Shown here: piece by piece, positions 12,301 to 24,001 of the stretch
Numbering within the stretch: the first letter of the stretch is position 1
Layout of the letters: each line of letters begins with the position of its first letter
Assembly (NCBI GenBank): GCA_963785305.1
Contig: CAWAUV010000004.1
Coordinates: 534,800-598,799 of the forward strand
Direction of reading: 5' to 3'
DNA: 64,000 bases
DNA from: an uncultured Planctomycetaceae bacterium
GTDB lineage: Bacteria; Planctomycetota; Planctomycetia; Pirellulales; PALSA-1355
Notes under the pieces: model-generated
Databases searched by the model: none
The model's input: the letters and a program-made list of their open reading frames with translations, nothing else
Told to the model about the DNA's origin: nothing
Made by a program: the position numbers and the translations under genes

Positions 12301-13289
12301 GATGTGGCGCTCGAGCTGGGAGACGCCGCGAATGTGCGGTTGGAGGCCCTTGGCGGCGCCGCGGGATCGCTCACGCATGTCGAGGGCGCGGTTGCCTGGA
12401 CGCTCTCGGTTCCAGCCTACGGTCTCGTGGCCGGACGCCTCGTGGGACGCGCGGCGCGACCGAGAAATGTGAAGATCGGCTTGCCCGACCGAGCGACGGC
12501 CGCGTTCGAGGCTCGGATCAAGGACCTGAGCGCTCGGGCGGCGTCGCTCTCCTCGCCAGCCCCGTTGGCCGTGCTCGACAATCCGGGATTCGAACTGGGC
12601 GACAAGGAATCACTGCCCGGCTGGACGCTCAAGGGCGGCGTCGGCGCGGCGATCCGCCTCGACGCCGCGAAACCCCATGGCGGCGAGCGATCACTCGTGT
12701 TCGAGAGCGGAGCGACGCCGTCGCAGCTTCGCGGCAATGTGTTCGCGGCCCCCACGACCGGCCGCATGAGTGTCTTGCTTTGGCTCAAAACGCCCGACGC
12801 CCAGAATCAGCCCGCGGTGCGATTGGCGATCGAAGCCAAGGCCGACGATATCGAGTACCTGCGCTATGCGACGCTGGGCGTCGGCTCGACGAAGCTCACC
12901 GAGGAATGGGCGCAATATATATTTCAGATCGACGACTTACCCACCGCGCGCGTGACCGAGTTGCGAGTGCGCATCGATTTGCTGAGCGCGGGCCGCGTCG
13001 AGATCGATGATCTTCAGCTTTATGATTTAGCTTTTGCCGAAAGCGAGCGGCTCGAGCTCAACAAGCTGATCACGCTCGCCAGCTATAAACTTCAATCGCA
13101 TGAAGTATGCGACTCGCGCAGATTCTCGATGGCTACTGGCCGCAATTTCTCATGACGCACGTGGCCCCGCATGCCCGGCCGCAATTAGCGCCGCAAACCG
13201 CGAGTGGCCCGGCGGCGCAACGCGAGGCAAAGAAGCCGGGCAGGCTCGATCAAATCAAAGGCTACCTGCCCCGCTGGCCGAATTTTTGA
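9394..13289 (+). CDS. Large secreted protein with a GH10-like/DUF187 TIM-barrel region and a C-terminal carbohydrate-binding-like domain (3 frameshifts)
   Basis: Consecutive overlapping ORFs 9394/10131/11278/13107; YLRHVGYNGLIL, YNPLDPRVQDAM..ELAERYRGHTSFAGI, WFAWR, LDNPGFE..LPGW. Start position uncertain. Confidence 0.7.
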
Positions 13290-13330
13290 CCGTGGTTGTG
13301 GACCGTGATTGTTGACCGTCGACGTCGCGT

Positions 13331-14113
13331 TTAATCGGGCATTTTGCCGGCGGCGAGCTCCGTGTCCCATTCGTCCATCAGCGGCCAATCCACGGCGCAG
13401 GTGCCGAAATCGGCCATGTGCAGATAGCCCTCCACCCGGCGGATCGTGGCGTCGAGCATCGCGTCGTCCTTGCGAAAGATCGGGCCGTGGCTCGGCAATA
13501 GCCAGCGGACATCGCTCGCTCGAATGCGCTTGAGCGATTGCAAAAAGGCTTGAATGTCGCTGCCGTGATGGGCGTCGATGGCGCCAACGCAGCCGTCGCG
13601 ATAGATATTGTCGCCGCTGAACAGCAGGTCGCCCAAGCGAAACGACAACTGGCTGTCGGTGTGTCCGGGCGTGTGCCAGACTTCGAGATTCAGCTTGCCG
13701 ATTTGGATTCGCGAGCCTTCTTCCAGAAACAGATCGAGCTTCACCGGCGGCATCGGCATGCGGATGTTTTGCGCGTCGATCTCGGCGAAGGTCTTGATCG
13801 GGTCGCCCTGGGCCAGGGGCTCGGCGGCCAGCGGATGCCCGGCGACGCGAGCCTTGAGCAGTCCGCTGAGCTTGGCCATGCCTTGGATATGATCCACGTC
13901 GGCATGGGTGGCGATCAACATTCGGCAATGCGACAGCGGAAAGTCCATTTGCCGAATCAATTCCACGATCGGCTCGACCACATCCTCGAAACCGATATCG
14001 ATCAGCACCCAGTCGTTGCCATCGAACACAAGGTAGACATTGCAGCCCATTCGCTCGCCGGCCTGGTAATTCATCTCGATCACATGCGGAAACACCGGCT
14101 TGCGAACAATCAT
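13331..14113 (-). CDS. MBL-fold metallo-hydrolase
   Basis: [10 protein letters not shown] (HxxxDH), HTPGHT, FSGD, LPSHG. Confidence 0.9.
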   Translation of the reverse strand: MIVRKPVFPHVIEMNYQAGERMGCNVYLVFDGNDWVLIDIGFEDVVEPIVELIRQMDFPLSHCRMLIATHADVDHIQGMAKLSGLLKARVAGHPLAAEPLAQGDPIKTFAEIDAQNIRMPMPPVKLDLFLEEGSRIQIGKLNLEVWHTPGHTDSQLSFRLGDLLFSGDNIYRDGCVGAIDAHHGSDIQAFLQSLKRIRASDVRWLLPSHGPIFRKDDAMLDATIRRVEGYLHMADFGTCAVDWPLMDEWDTELAAGKMPD

Positions 14114-14741
14114 TGTTGATCCTTCCAGGGAAACTTCGCGGCCGACCTTGGCAGGGAACCAAAAGCTGAATAGCCAAGCGAGCGCCACGGCGAGAAGTCA
14201 GGCCACGGTGTCCGGCATTTTATGAAGCCGCGTCGGAAGCGACAAGCGACCACGCAACCGGGGGGATCGCGGGTTCTGGAAGCGGTGAAAATTGCGGCAA
14301 AAACGCGTTGGAACATGGTTCCCGAGGGCGCGGCCGGTCGATGTTAGGAATAGCCGCCAATATTTCAATGACCGAAATTGGGGAAAAAAGGGGACGGGCC
14401 GGGGTGACAAATTGTCGGTTTCCGGGAATAATTTTCACTACTAACCCCGTGGGGGTATATGCTCGCGCGCAAAATCCTGTAAACTTTCTTTGCTGCCTAA
14501 TAGAGTTATCGAGGACAACCGCCGCGCAACGCGTGGGTCCCCGCGAATGCCAGCCGCTCGGATCGCGACTCCGGGGCGACGCGTTCGTGGCCGGCGCCAG
14601 ATTGCGGTCGCTGCGGCTTCCTCGCATTTTTCACATCATCCGCTCATCATTTGGCAGCTTTCCATCGTTAGGGTATTGCGCTTCTTGGGCGAGGGGCTTC
14701 TTGGGCGAGGGAATGTCAACCAGCGATTGGAATTCTTGGCT

Positions 14742-15461
14742 ATGGAACTAAAACTCCGCGTGGAATCCGGCAAAAACGCCGGTCAAGAAATCAAGATATC
14801 ATCGCCCCAATTCATTATTGGCCGCGGCGATGGCTGCCATCTGAAAGCCGGCAGCGACATGATCAGCCGCCAACATTGCATGTTGCTGGTCGCCGACAGC
14901 TACGCCGCCGTGCGAGACCTCGGCAGTAAAAACGGCACCATGCTCAATGGCGAGGTGATCCACAACAGCGAATCGCCGCTCAAGTCGGGCGACACGCTGC
15001 GAATCGGCCCGCTCGAATTCCGCGTGGTTCTCAACGCTGGTCTGACGGGCAAGAAGCTGCCGGCGGTGCAAAATGTGCGCGAAGCGGTTGCTCGCTCGAG
15101 TCAAGGCATATCGAATTCGGCCGACGATATCGCGAGTTGGCTGATGGACGGTCCGGCCTTGCCCACGAAGGCCGCCGCGACCGACACCCAACAAATGCGG
15201 CTGAGCGACACCGAAGAGATCGACCTGAAGGGCGGCGAGGCGGCTTCGAGCAAGACCACCGTGATTCATATTCCCGCGCTGCAGGTGGGCGATGCATCGG
15301 CGCCGGGAATCGACCAGTCGCCCTCTGGCGTCAAACGCGACATCGTCGGTGGGCCGAAAAAGCTGCCGTCGAAGCTGCCTCCTGCCGGCGCTCCCTCGGC
15401 GGCGAACACTCGGCAAGCCGCGGCCGATATGATCGATCGGTTGCGCAAACGCAAAAGCTGA
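14742..15461 (+). CDS. FHA-domain protein with disordered C-terminal tail
   Basis: FIIGRG..ISRQHC..VRDLGSKNGT..LKSGDTLRIGP. Confidence 0.9.
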   Translation: MELKLRVESGKNAGQEIKISSPQFIIGRGDGCHLKAGSDMISRQHCMLLVADSYAAVRDLGSKNGTMLNGEVIHNSESPLKSGDTLRIGPLEFRVVLNAGLTGKKLPAVQNVREAVARSSQGISNSADDIASWLMDGPALPTKAAATDTQQMRLSDTEEIDLKGGEAASSKTTVIHIPALQVGDASAPGIDQSPSGVKRDIVGGPKKLPSKLPPAGAPSAANTRQAAADMIDRLRKRKS

Positions 15462-15704
15462 TCGCCGCTCTTCGGCGGGCCGGCGCGCGTCCGAAGCGGG
15501 GCTTGAATTCCCGCTTGGCAAAGGGCGCCGATAATCGCGATGCTCGCGGCCAGGGCATTTTCCTTGGGCATCCTGCCCGTCGGGCGGCCAAGGGCGCGAT
15601 TTTGTTTTCGCCCCCGCTCTCGATCCTCGCTCGGGCACCGCTTACAATTTAGCGACGACATTCGATGCGTTGTCGTATTTTTCCCCGCGAACAGAGGCGA
15701 ACCC

Positions 15705-15905
15705 ATGTCCACCGACGAAGAAGTCCTGAAGCGACGCTATCGCGAGTTCTTGGAATTGATGCCGCTCACGATTTCGATCGCCGGTTTGCCGCTCAGTCAG
15801 CCGCCCCATAATTTCAATACCGAGCAAATGGAACTCCGCGCGAGGACACTCGAGTCGGCTTATAAGCTTGCTCGCCAACTTGCTCGCCAGTCGATCGCGG
15901 GCTGA
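15705..15905 (+). CDS. Small hypothetical protein (66 aa)
   Basis: ATG after GAGG; MSTDEEVLKRRYREFLELMPLTISIAGLP.. reads as a plausible helical protein. Confidence 0.6.
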   Translation: MSTDEEVLKRRYREFLELMPLTISIAGLPLSQPPHNFNTEQMELRARTLESAYKLARQLARQSIAG

Positions 15906-16005
15906 GCGGCTCGATTCGGGGGGAATGGAATCCTTTGGCCCCGCGAGTAGAATCGATGATGCGGCCGCCGCTTGGCTCGACTCCGGAGTTTTGGAGAATA
16001 TTTTT

Positions 16006-16263
16006 GTGAAACGCGCCAAAGCTTCACCCAAGACGGAAGTCAAAGCATCGCTCCTCGGACTGGCGTTTGACGCCGACGACGGGCACAAGCGCCTCACGCG
16101 GGGCAAGAATTTCACGCTCCTCGGCGGATCGGAAGAAACCCACGCCGTGATGCGGGAAACGGCCATCAAGGTCAACGAACATCTGGACCACCGCGGCCAG
16201 CGGCTCGAGGATATCTCACCGCGCGAGCTCCGCGACATTATTCGCGAGCAAATGAAGCAGTAA
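16006..16263 (+). CDS. Small hypothetical protein (85 aa)
   Basis: GTG after GGAG; LLGLAFDADDGHKRLTRGKNFTLLGGSEETHAVMRETAIK. Confidence 0.65.
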   Translation: MKRAKASPKTEVKASLLGLAFDADDGHKRLTRGKNFTLLGGSEETHAVMRETAIKVNEHLDHRGQRLEDISPRELRDIIREQMKQ

Positions 16264-16457
16264 GCTGCCCGCCGGCTCGGCTTCGCGGCCCGCGTCGCCG
16301 CGAGATCGCCCCCCTGTTCGCGGGCGCCGCCGCCGATTTACAATACGGCGGCTTTCCGGCGTGAAACTTTGGAGCGGCCCGCGAGGTATTGCTCCATGGA
16401 GAGGAAGGATCGTCGACGCTGGGAAGCGATCCCTTTTCATGGAGAGCCACCGGCGTG

Positions 16458-17021
16458 ATGGACGATATCCGGAATCTCGTGACTCGCTGTCTGGCCGGCG
16501 AGCAGGTCGCCATGCGAGAATTGGTCGAGCTCCACGGCGGAGCGGTCTTCGGCCTTTGCTTTCGCATGCTCGGCAATCGCCACGACGCCGAGGATGTGAC
16601 CCAGGAAACATTCTGCCGCGCGCTTGGCAGTCTGGCGAATTGGGACGCCAGCCGGGAGTTTAGTCCGTGGCTGCTCGCCATTGCCGGAAATCGCTGCCGC
16701 ACTTGGCTGGCGGCGCGGTCGAAGCGCCCGGTGGCGCGAGACTGGCTCGACGGAAACGATCCGCTGGTCGATCCGCGCGGCGCCGCCCGCGAGTTTGCCG
16801 AGGAACTGGAATCGGCTCTCGAAGGTTTACGGCCCGAGTATCGGCGGGCATTTGAACTCTTTCACGAAGGCGGACACAGCTATCAAGAAATCGCCGCCGC
16901 GCTCGATTGTCCATTGGGCACCGTCAAGACCTGGGTGCATCGGGCGCGACGCGAGCTGGCGGAACGATTGACCGATTTCGGAGCGATGGAATCCCATGCG
17001 CAATCCTTGCGAAAAGTTTGA
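16458..17021 (+). CDS. ECF RNA polymerase sigma-70 factor (SigW/SigE-like)
   Basis: DAEDVTQETF..FSPWLLAIAGNRCR; SYQEIAAALDCPLGTVKTWVHRARREL. Confidence 0.92.
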   Translation: MDDIRNLVTRCLAGEQVAMRELVELHGGAVFGLCFRMLGNRHDAEDVTQETFCRALGSLANWDASREFSPWLLAIAGNRCRTWLAARSKRPVARDWLDGNDPLVDPRGAAREFAEELESALEGLRPEYRRAFELFHEGGHSYQEIAAALDCPLGTVKTWVHRARRELAERLTDFGAMESHAQSLRKV

Positions 17022-17805
17022 TCACCGCCTCCAGCGACTGCTCGATCTCGGGCGCGAGCCCCAGGGCGACGCGCGTTTGACGCGGCACGCGCGCTCGTGC
17101 GATGCTTGCCGGCGATCGCTCGCCGGGCATCAGTTGCTTGTCGATGCGCTGGAGGTGCGCTGCGCGGTTCGAGCAGAGGCGATCGCTCCGGAGTTTAGCC
17201 GCCGGCTGAGCGCCGAGGTGAGCCAATCGTGGCCCAAACCTTCCGCCGTCGCGTCGAGCGGGGCCGAGAGATCGGTCGCGATGCGCGTGGTGCGATCGAA
17301 TCGCTGGGCGGTCGTGGCCGCGCTGGCGGCGGCGCTGGTGCTCATGGTCTGGGGAGCGCGGCGTCGCCCAGTCGACATTGAAGTCAAAACGCGGCAGGCA
17401 GCGCCGACGATTGTGTTGCGCGAAGCGAGCGTGCCTGGGCCGGCGATCGGGGATCGTGTGCCCGGCCCTGCAATTCCCGAGCTCGGCTCCGCCCAAATGG
17501 CGATCGCTCGGCGCGCGAGCGATCGGCTGACGAGTAATCGGCGGGCCGGAAACGACGCCATCGAAGCGGGCACACGCCGCCAAGTGCAGCGACTGGCCGC
17601 CGAAACCGGCGGGCAACTGGCCGCCGCCGCGCGGCGATTGGCCGGTATCGACGAGGCGCACGCCAGTCTCGAAGCGCGCGAAGCGCCGGCATCGGTCCGC
17701 GGGGCCGACGCCAATTCGGTCAAGTCGTGGACCGATTCCATGTCGGCCGTGCTCGAACTGTGGTTCGAGACACTCCCGGCCCGGGACCAAGGCTCGCGAA
17801 GCTGA
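16996..17805 (+). CDS. Putative zinc-binding (ZAS-type) anti-sigma factor
   Basis: Overlaps the sigma gene; HARSCDAC (HxxxCxxC) and a single TM segment WAVVAALAAALVLMVW. Confidence 0.7.
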   Translation: MRNPCEKFDHRLQRLLDLGREPQGDARLTRHARSCDACRRSLAGHQLLVDALEVRCAVRAEAIAPEFSRRLSAEVSQSWPKPSAVASSGAERSVAMRVVRSNRWAVVAALAAALVLMVWGARRRPVDIEVKTRQAAPTIVLREASVPGPAIGDRVPGPAIPELGSAQMAIARRASDRLTSNRRAGNDAIEAGTRRQVQRLAAETGGQLAAAARRLAGIDEAHASLEAREAPASVRGADANSVKSWTDSMSAVLELWFETLPARDQGSRS

Positions 17806-17831
17806 GCGCCGCCCAGGGGTTGAAATCGCTT

Positions 17832-18988
17832 TCAGCCGCAGCGGCGCAAGGCGGCGCGGCGAAAGGCGACCAAGTGATCGTCGACCATGCGCTCGAGCGT
17901 AAACAGTCGCGCGGCGCGTTCATAGCCGCGCTCGGCGAGCCGCTTGCGTTCGTCTGGCGAATCGAGCGCTTGCTCGATCGCGTCGGCGATCGAATCGGGA
18001 TCGCCCGGCTCCGCCATCCACGCCACGGGACCAAGCGGCTCGTTGAGCCCCACCACTTCCACGAGGCCGCCGGCGGTGGTCGAAACCAGCGGCAGCTTGG
18101 CATGGAGCGCTTCGATGGCCGCGGTGCAAAGCCCCTCGAAAAACGACGACATGATCAAGAGATCGGCCGCGGCCATGAGATTCGGCACATCGCCGCGCTG
18201 CCCAAGAAAACGCACCTTTCCGCTGAGTCCGCGCTGCGCGGCCTCGGCTTCGAGCGATTCGCGCAGACCGCCTTTGCCGGCGCAGAGCCAGACGATCCGC
18301 GGATGCGTTTTGACGAGCCGCTGCATGGCGGCCAACATCACCGAGTGGCCCTTCTCGGCCGAGAGCGCGGCCACCGAGAGCAGCACGATTTGGTCGGGCT
18401 CGAGACCTAGCGCCTCGCGACACGCGCCGCGCGAAGCGTTCGGCTGCTCGGCTTCGACGCCATCGTAAACCACATCGAGTTGGTCGGGCGGCACTCCGCC
18501 GGCGCGGGCCACGTCGGCCGCAATGCCGGAGCTCGCCACCACCAAGTCGCAGAGCGCGCGATACTGCCAGGAGTTTCGCATCGGAAACGCCACGCGCCGC
18601 GCCGCCACGCGCGCCGCGATATCAAGCCCCAAACCGGCGATTCCCAGACTGGTGAGCGAGTGCGAGTCGTTGAAATAAAGCACGTCGGGCCGATCGCGCT
18701 TGAGTCGGTTTCGGAGCTCGACCAGCGAACGCATGCCGAGCCCGCGGCCCGAAAAACCAAAGACGTCGAATCCATCGGTGGCCATGCGCTCGACGAAGGG
18801 AGCGCCGCCACGTCCATAAGCGAACACCCGATGGCCGGCGGCGCGAAACCCGCGGGCCAGCGCCACAATTGCACTTCGCCGCCGCGAAACTCCCGCTGGG
18901 TCGAGGCGAGCACAATCGTGAGCGGCTCGCCGGGCGAGTGAGTCCAGCGCGGCGGCAAATGCGACCGTGTCCAGGGCAGTGGCGACAT
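17832..18988 (-). CDS. Glycosyltransferase family 4 (GT-B), frameshift near the N-terminus
   Basis: IVLASTQREFRGGEVQL (18407 ORF), then VVYDGV..LSVAALSAEKGH..FLGQRGDVPNLMAAADL..SFFEGLCTAAIEAL. Confidence 0.85.
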
Positions 18989-19299
18989 GTGGCGTGCTCG
19001 GGCAAGGCGTGACGAAAGACGAAACCAGGATTGCGGGATCGAGGGCCCATCGAATCGGGGACCCGTCGAAATGATTCGAGTCGAAATCCGTTCGAGTCGC
19101 AGCCGTTCGGCAGGCTGCTAGATCGTCCAAAATACGGCCGGCTGGGCAATAGCAGTTTTTTGCGAATCTCCCCTCGTTTTCCGCCCTCGCCTCGTTCATT
19201 TTTCGCCGACGCGGGAGCTGGCGTTCTCGCTTTTTCCCTGGGGCGTTATACTCCGCCCGCTCAATTCGGGGGAAAGTTGTCTGGCCGGGGACATTGTTT

Positions 19300-20536
19300 A
19301 TGAGCGTGGTCGTATTTCTGCCGAACTGGATTGGCGATGTGACGATGGCCACGCCCGCGCTCCGCGCGCTGCGCGCTCGCTATGCGAACACGAAATTGAT
19401 TGGTGTGATGCGGCCCTATGTGGCCGAAGTGCTGGCCGGCCTGCCGTGGCTGGATGAGCGAATTCTCTACCATCCGCGGGGCAAAGACCCCGCGATGCGA
19501 TCGCTTGCCGTGGTCCGGGAGCTGCGAGCGCGGAAGCCGGAGCTGGCGGTGCTGCTGCCCAATTCGCTGCGCGCGGCGGCCATGGCCTGGGCCAGTGGCG
19601 CCAAGCGGCGAGTCGGCTTTGCTCGCTATGGCCGCGGACCGCTGCTCACGCACAAGCTGTATCATCCGCGCGTGGGACGCCATTATCTACCCACGCCGGC
19701 GATCGACTGTTATTTGCAGGTGGCCTACGCCGCGGGATGTGATTGGGAACCGCCCCGTCTCGAACTCGCGACCCTGGCCGAAGACGAGCGCGGGGCCGAC
19801 GCGGCGTGGCAGACGCTTGGCTTGCCCGCCGGCGAGCGAGTCGTGACACTCAACTCGGGCGGCAGCGTTCGGCGCCGCCAAACAGTGGCCGGCCGAACAT
19901 TTCGCCGCGCTCGCTCGGCGCTCGGCGCGGGACGATGGCTTTGCCGTGCTCGTCAATTGCGGGCCGGCCGAGCGCGAAATCGCGCGGCGCATTGTCGCCC
20001 TGGCCGATCATCCACGCGTGGTCGGTTTGGCCGACTTCGAGGCGCCGATCGGGCTCACGAAAGCGTGCATCCGTCGCAGTCGGTTGCTGGTCACGACCGA
20101 TAGCGGGCCGCGATTCTTCGCCGTGGCTTTCGAGACGCCGGTGGTTTCACTCTTTGGGCCGGTGCATCCCGACTGGAGCCGCACCCATTGGGCCCATGAA
20201 GTCTGCCTCGCGGAGAACGTGCCTTGCGGCCCGTGCATGCGGCGAACGTGTCCTCTGGGGCATCACCGCTGCATGCGAGAGCTAAGCGTCGATCGCGTGC
20301 ATGGCGCCGTGCGCCACTTGCTCTCGGCGACGCTCACTGGCGCAAGCCGCTTGAGACACGCCACGTCGCGTCGTCGCCCGGGCGGCGAGCGGAGCGGGCA
20401 GCAGCTCCGCTCGAACCGCCGAGCAACGACGCGTGGGCGGTCAAACTCTCGAGTGAGCGCAGCGGGTTCCTGGCTCGCCGTCGGGGCGATTTCGGCGACG
20501 CATCAGCTTTCGTCGGCGCATCATCCGTGGATGTAG
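19300..20536 (+). CDS. waaF: Lipopolysaccharide heptosyltransferase II (GT9), frameshift at about 19,865; 3' end uncertain
   Basis: PNWIGDVTMATPAL, LLPNSLRAA, LLVTTDSGPRFFAVAF..VSLFGP, CGPCMRRTCPLGHHRCM. Confidence 0.85.
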
Positions 20537-20972
20537 TTTCTCAGAAAGTGAACTTCCGTGGCCAACTGCGCATGCTGGGCCTTCACCACATCGCCGATCG
20601 ACACAATGCCGACCAGTTGCCCGTCGAGCACGATCGGAAGATGCCGCATCCGCCGCTCGGTCATGAGTCCCATCGTGTCTTCGACCGAATCGGCCGGATG
20701 CCCGGTGACCACATGACTGCTCATGGCTTCTGCCACGCGCACCTGGTCGATCTTGCCGCCGTGGCGGGCACAGGCTCGCACAATGTCGCGTTCGGTGATG
20801 ATGCCCAAGAGGCCGCTGGCGTCGCGCGAGGCGAGCGTCTGGCTGCCCGCGCACACGACAGCGCCCCGCAACCGTGAAGCACGAGCCGCTCGACGACTTG
20901 AGCCAGGGTGGCGTGGGGCTCGATCCCGTAGACCGCGTTGCCTTTCGCATGCAGGATTTCTTGCAGTGTCAT
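20521..20972 (-). CDS. CBS-domain protein (one frameshift)
   Basis: MTLQEILHAKG.. joins LLGIITERDIV..MTERRMRHLPIV..LVGIVSIGDVVK. Confidence 0.88.
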
Positions 20973-21417
20973 GGCGCCGACCTCCATTTTGGGGGAATTG
21001 GGGAATTGTGGCGACCATTCGGGGGAGGCATCTGGCCGCGAGCGCGACCTGCCGGGTGGCATATGCCTTTAACATATGACAAACGGCCTCTGGTCGTAAA
21101 GCAAAAAATCGTTGGGAATACCTCACTTTGCGGGTATTTCAGGCTTCCAGACGCAAACCACCGCTGGCTCGAAAGCCCGTTCGAGCGAATCTCCCGCATT
21201 CGTGGGTTTGTTGGCGGTCGAGCAGCCAATGTTTTTTCAGAAAACTTAATCCTAAAGATTCTCGGAAATGCAAGGACCCGGCGCCGCCCCTGGCGACAAA
21301 GCGATTGAGCGGCCCATTTAAGCCCTTTGACAGCCCCTTTGGCGGTATTTAGAATAGTGATTCTGTGGCGTTTTGCCGGTAAACAGGTCGGTGGAAAATT
21401 CTGCACGAGATTTTGAT

Positions 21418-21787
21418 ATGAAGAAGGCTGAACTGAAGGTGTACAAAAACCTGCTCCTGTCGCTTCGCGCGGCTTCGCGGGGATGTAAACGCCATGGCCG
21501 ACGCCGCGCTCAAGAAAACGCGGTCGGAGACCAATGGCGACCTGTCGAGCATGCCGATTCACATGGCCGACATCGGCAGCGACAATTATGAGCAGGAATT
21601 CACCCTCAGCCTGATGCAAAACGAGGAAGACACCCTCGAGACCATCGAACTGGCCTTGGAACGGATCGAGGACGGCGTGTATGGTCTGTGCGAGGAGTGC
21701 GATGGCGTGATCAGCAAGACCCGTCTCAACGCGATTCCCTACGCCGCGCTCTGCATTCGCTGCGCTCAAAAGCTGGAGCGAAGCTAA
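21418..21787 (+). CDS. TraR/DksA-family C4 zinc-finger transcription regulator (one frameshift at about 21,470)
   Basis: MKKAELKVYKNLLL.. then PIHMADIGSDNYEQE..ALERIEDGVYGLCEEC..RLNAIPYAALCIRC. Confidence 0.9.
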
Positions 21788-21834
21788 CTTACGGATTCGC
21801 CCGCTCGCAACGCTCTGATGGATCGAGACCTTGC

Positions 21835-22450
21835 ATGGTGGTTCCACGAAGCAGAATCGTGGTCTTCGCTCTCGTGGCCCTGGGCGGAGCGGCAATCGAC
21901 TTGCTCACGAAAAGCTGGGCGTTTGCCTGGCTCGGCATGCCCGGCGGCGAGAGCTGGTGGCTCGTCGACCGTGATCTGGGGTTTGGGAATCTGGGGTTCG
22001 GTTTCACCACCAGTCTGAACGAGGGCGCCTTATTCGGCCTGGGACAAGGCCAAGTCGCGCTCTTCACATTGCTATCGCTCTTCGCCGCGGTGGCGATCGT
22101 GTATTGGCTGTTTGCCAGGCGAGCCGCCCGAGACTGGATGCTCACGCTGGCCATGGCGGGAGTCATGGCCGGAATCCTGGGCAACATGTACGACCGGGTG
22201 GGCCTGCCGGGCCTTCGCTGGAACTATCCCCACGGCCTCAATCATTTTGGCGATCCGGTGTTCGCGGTGCGCGATTGGATTCATGTTCGCTACCAGTCGC
22301 ATAGTTGGCCGATCTTTAATATCGCCGATAGCTTGCTCGTATGCGGAGTGGCGCTCTTAATGTGGCATTCGCTGCGCGGCAAGGGCGCGAAAGAGGTCGA
22401 GTCGGTCGTGGCCGACGACCGCGACGCTCGTCCCGCGCCGCTCGGCGCAA
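21835..22450 (+). CDS. lspA: Lipoprotein signal peptidase II (true stop not seen; 3' end approximate)
   Basis: DLLTKSWA, NEGALFG, GILGNMYDR, VRDWI, WPIFNIADS. Confidence 0.88.
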
Positions 22451-22545
22451 GACCAACGAAAAGTCGGTCGCGAGTCGTTTTTGAGCAGGCGCTTCGGAAA
22501 CGGGCGCTGATTGAAACAGGCGCTATCGAAACAGCGCGGCGGCGT

Positions 22546-23697
22546 CTAACGCGGACCTTCGCCGGTAAGGGCCATATTGTCGCGGTGAATCACTTCATCG
22601 TAGGGGCAATAGCCAAGGGTCTGGGCAATTTTCTCGGAGCGCATGCCTTTGATCTTCAGCAGGTCGTCGGCGCCGAAGTTGGTGAGTCCGCGAGCGAATT
22701 CAGCGCCCGAGGCGTCGACCAGCGACACGACATCGCCCTTGCGAAACGCGCCCGCGACATCGACGAGACCGATCGCGAGCAAGCTCCGCCCATCGTGCTC
22801 CACGGCGCGGCGGGCGCCGGCGTCGAGCACCAGCCGCCCGCGCGGCTGCGCGGTGTAGCCGATCCAGCACTTCCACGCCGGCACCGTTTGACCTTGGGCC
22901 AGAAACAAGGTGCCCACGACCTCGCCGGCCAATATCTTGGCGAGCGATCCAGGCTCGCGGCCATTGGCGATAATCACGTTTTCTCCGGCCGTGGTCGCGA
23001 TTCTGGCGGCGGCGAGCTTGCTACTCATGCCGCCCTTGCTCAGGCCCGTGGCTTCGTCGCGCACCAGGGCCAAGACCGTGCTATCGAGGGCCGTGACCGT
23101 GTGAATGAGCTTGGCGCCGGCCGAGCGGGGATCGCCATCGAACAGGCCATCGACATCGGAAAGCAGCACCAGGAGCGGCACTTGAACCAGATTGGTGAGC
23201 ATCGCGGCGAGTCGGTCGTTGTCGCCAAACGTGGTGCGAAGCTCATCGGTGCTGACCGTGTCGTTTTCGTTGATGATCGGCACGGCGCCATATTCGAACA
23301 GAGTGCGGATCGTGTTTCGCACATTGAGATAGCGCGTGCGATCATCGAGATCGTCGGCCGTGAGTAGGAGCTGGGCGGCGTGGCGTCCGTCGGCGCGGAG
23401 CCCACGATCGTAGGCTTCCATCAAATGCGACTGACCGATGGCCGCCACGGCCTGCAGTTGGGCGAGATTGGTGGGCCGCTTGGCGAGCCCGAGTCGCCCC
23501 ATTCCGGCGCCGACGGCCCCGGAAGTGACAAGCGCAACTTTGCGGCCCGACTCGGCCACGGCCGACAACTCCTCGGCGAGGGCCGCGATTCGCGATTGAC
23601 AAAGCCCGCCCCCGTTGGCCGTGAGGCTGCGAGTGCCGACTTTGACGATCATTGTGTGCGCCGCGGTGGCGATTTCCTGACGCAAGAGATCGGGCAT
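22546..23697 (-). CDS. proB: Glutamate 5-kinase with PUA domain
   Basis: IVKVGT, VTSGAV, PIINENDTV, FGDNDRLAA, LLSDVDGL, GGMSSKL, SLLAIG..FARGL. Confidence 0.95.
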   Translation of the reverse strand: MPDLLRQEIATAAHTMIVKVGTRSLTANGGGLCQSRIAALAEELSAVAESGRKVALVTSGAVGAGMGRLGLAKRPTNLAQLQAVAAIGQSHLMEAYDRGLRADGRHAAQLLLTADDLDDRTRYLNVRNTIRTLFEYGAVPIINENDTVSTDELRTTFGDNDRLAAMLTNLVQVPLLVLLSDVDGLFDGDPRSAGAKLIHTVTALDSTVLALVRDEATGLSKGGMSSKLAAARIATTAGENVIIANGREPGSLAKILAGEVVGTLFLAQGQTVPAWKCWIGYTAQPRGRLVLDAGARRAVEHDGRSLLAIGLVDVAGAFRKGDVVSLVDASGAEFARGLTNFGADDLLKIKGMRSEKIAQTLGYCPYDEVIHRDNMALTGEGPR

Positions 23698-24001
23698 GCG
23701 GAACCTAGCCGAGGGGCGAGTGAAAAATAGCCGGTAAACTTTGCCTCGCGCGGCGTATCGCGGAATCTCGCGGGTTGCCGCGAAGCAACGCATGATATCC
23801 GAGCGCCGTCGACCAAGAACCCGGATTCGCAAATTCATGCGCTTGGCGCCCGCGCGGGTGGATTGTGAATTGGGTCGCCGATATCTACAATGAGGAAATC
23901 ATGAGCGACGCCCCGCCGTCGCTCCGCGAGGCAGGTGGCCTGACTCGGCTCCGGTTGCTCACTCCCCCCCGACGAACACAGAGAGGGCGTGCCAGCAAAC
24001 G

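Noticed and set aside
21688..23367. 559-aa extended LspA overlapping proB on the opposite strand
   Set aside because: The extension is the stop-free antisense frame of proB, most simply explained by a stop lost to an indel error.
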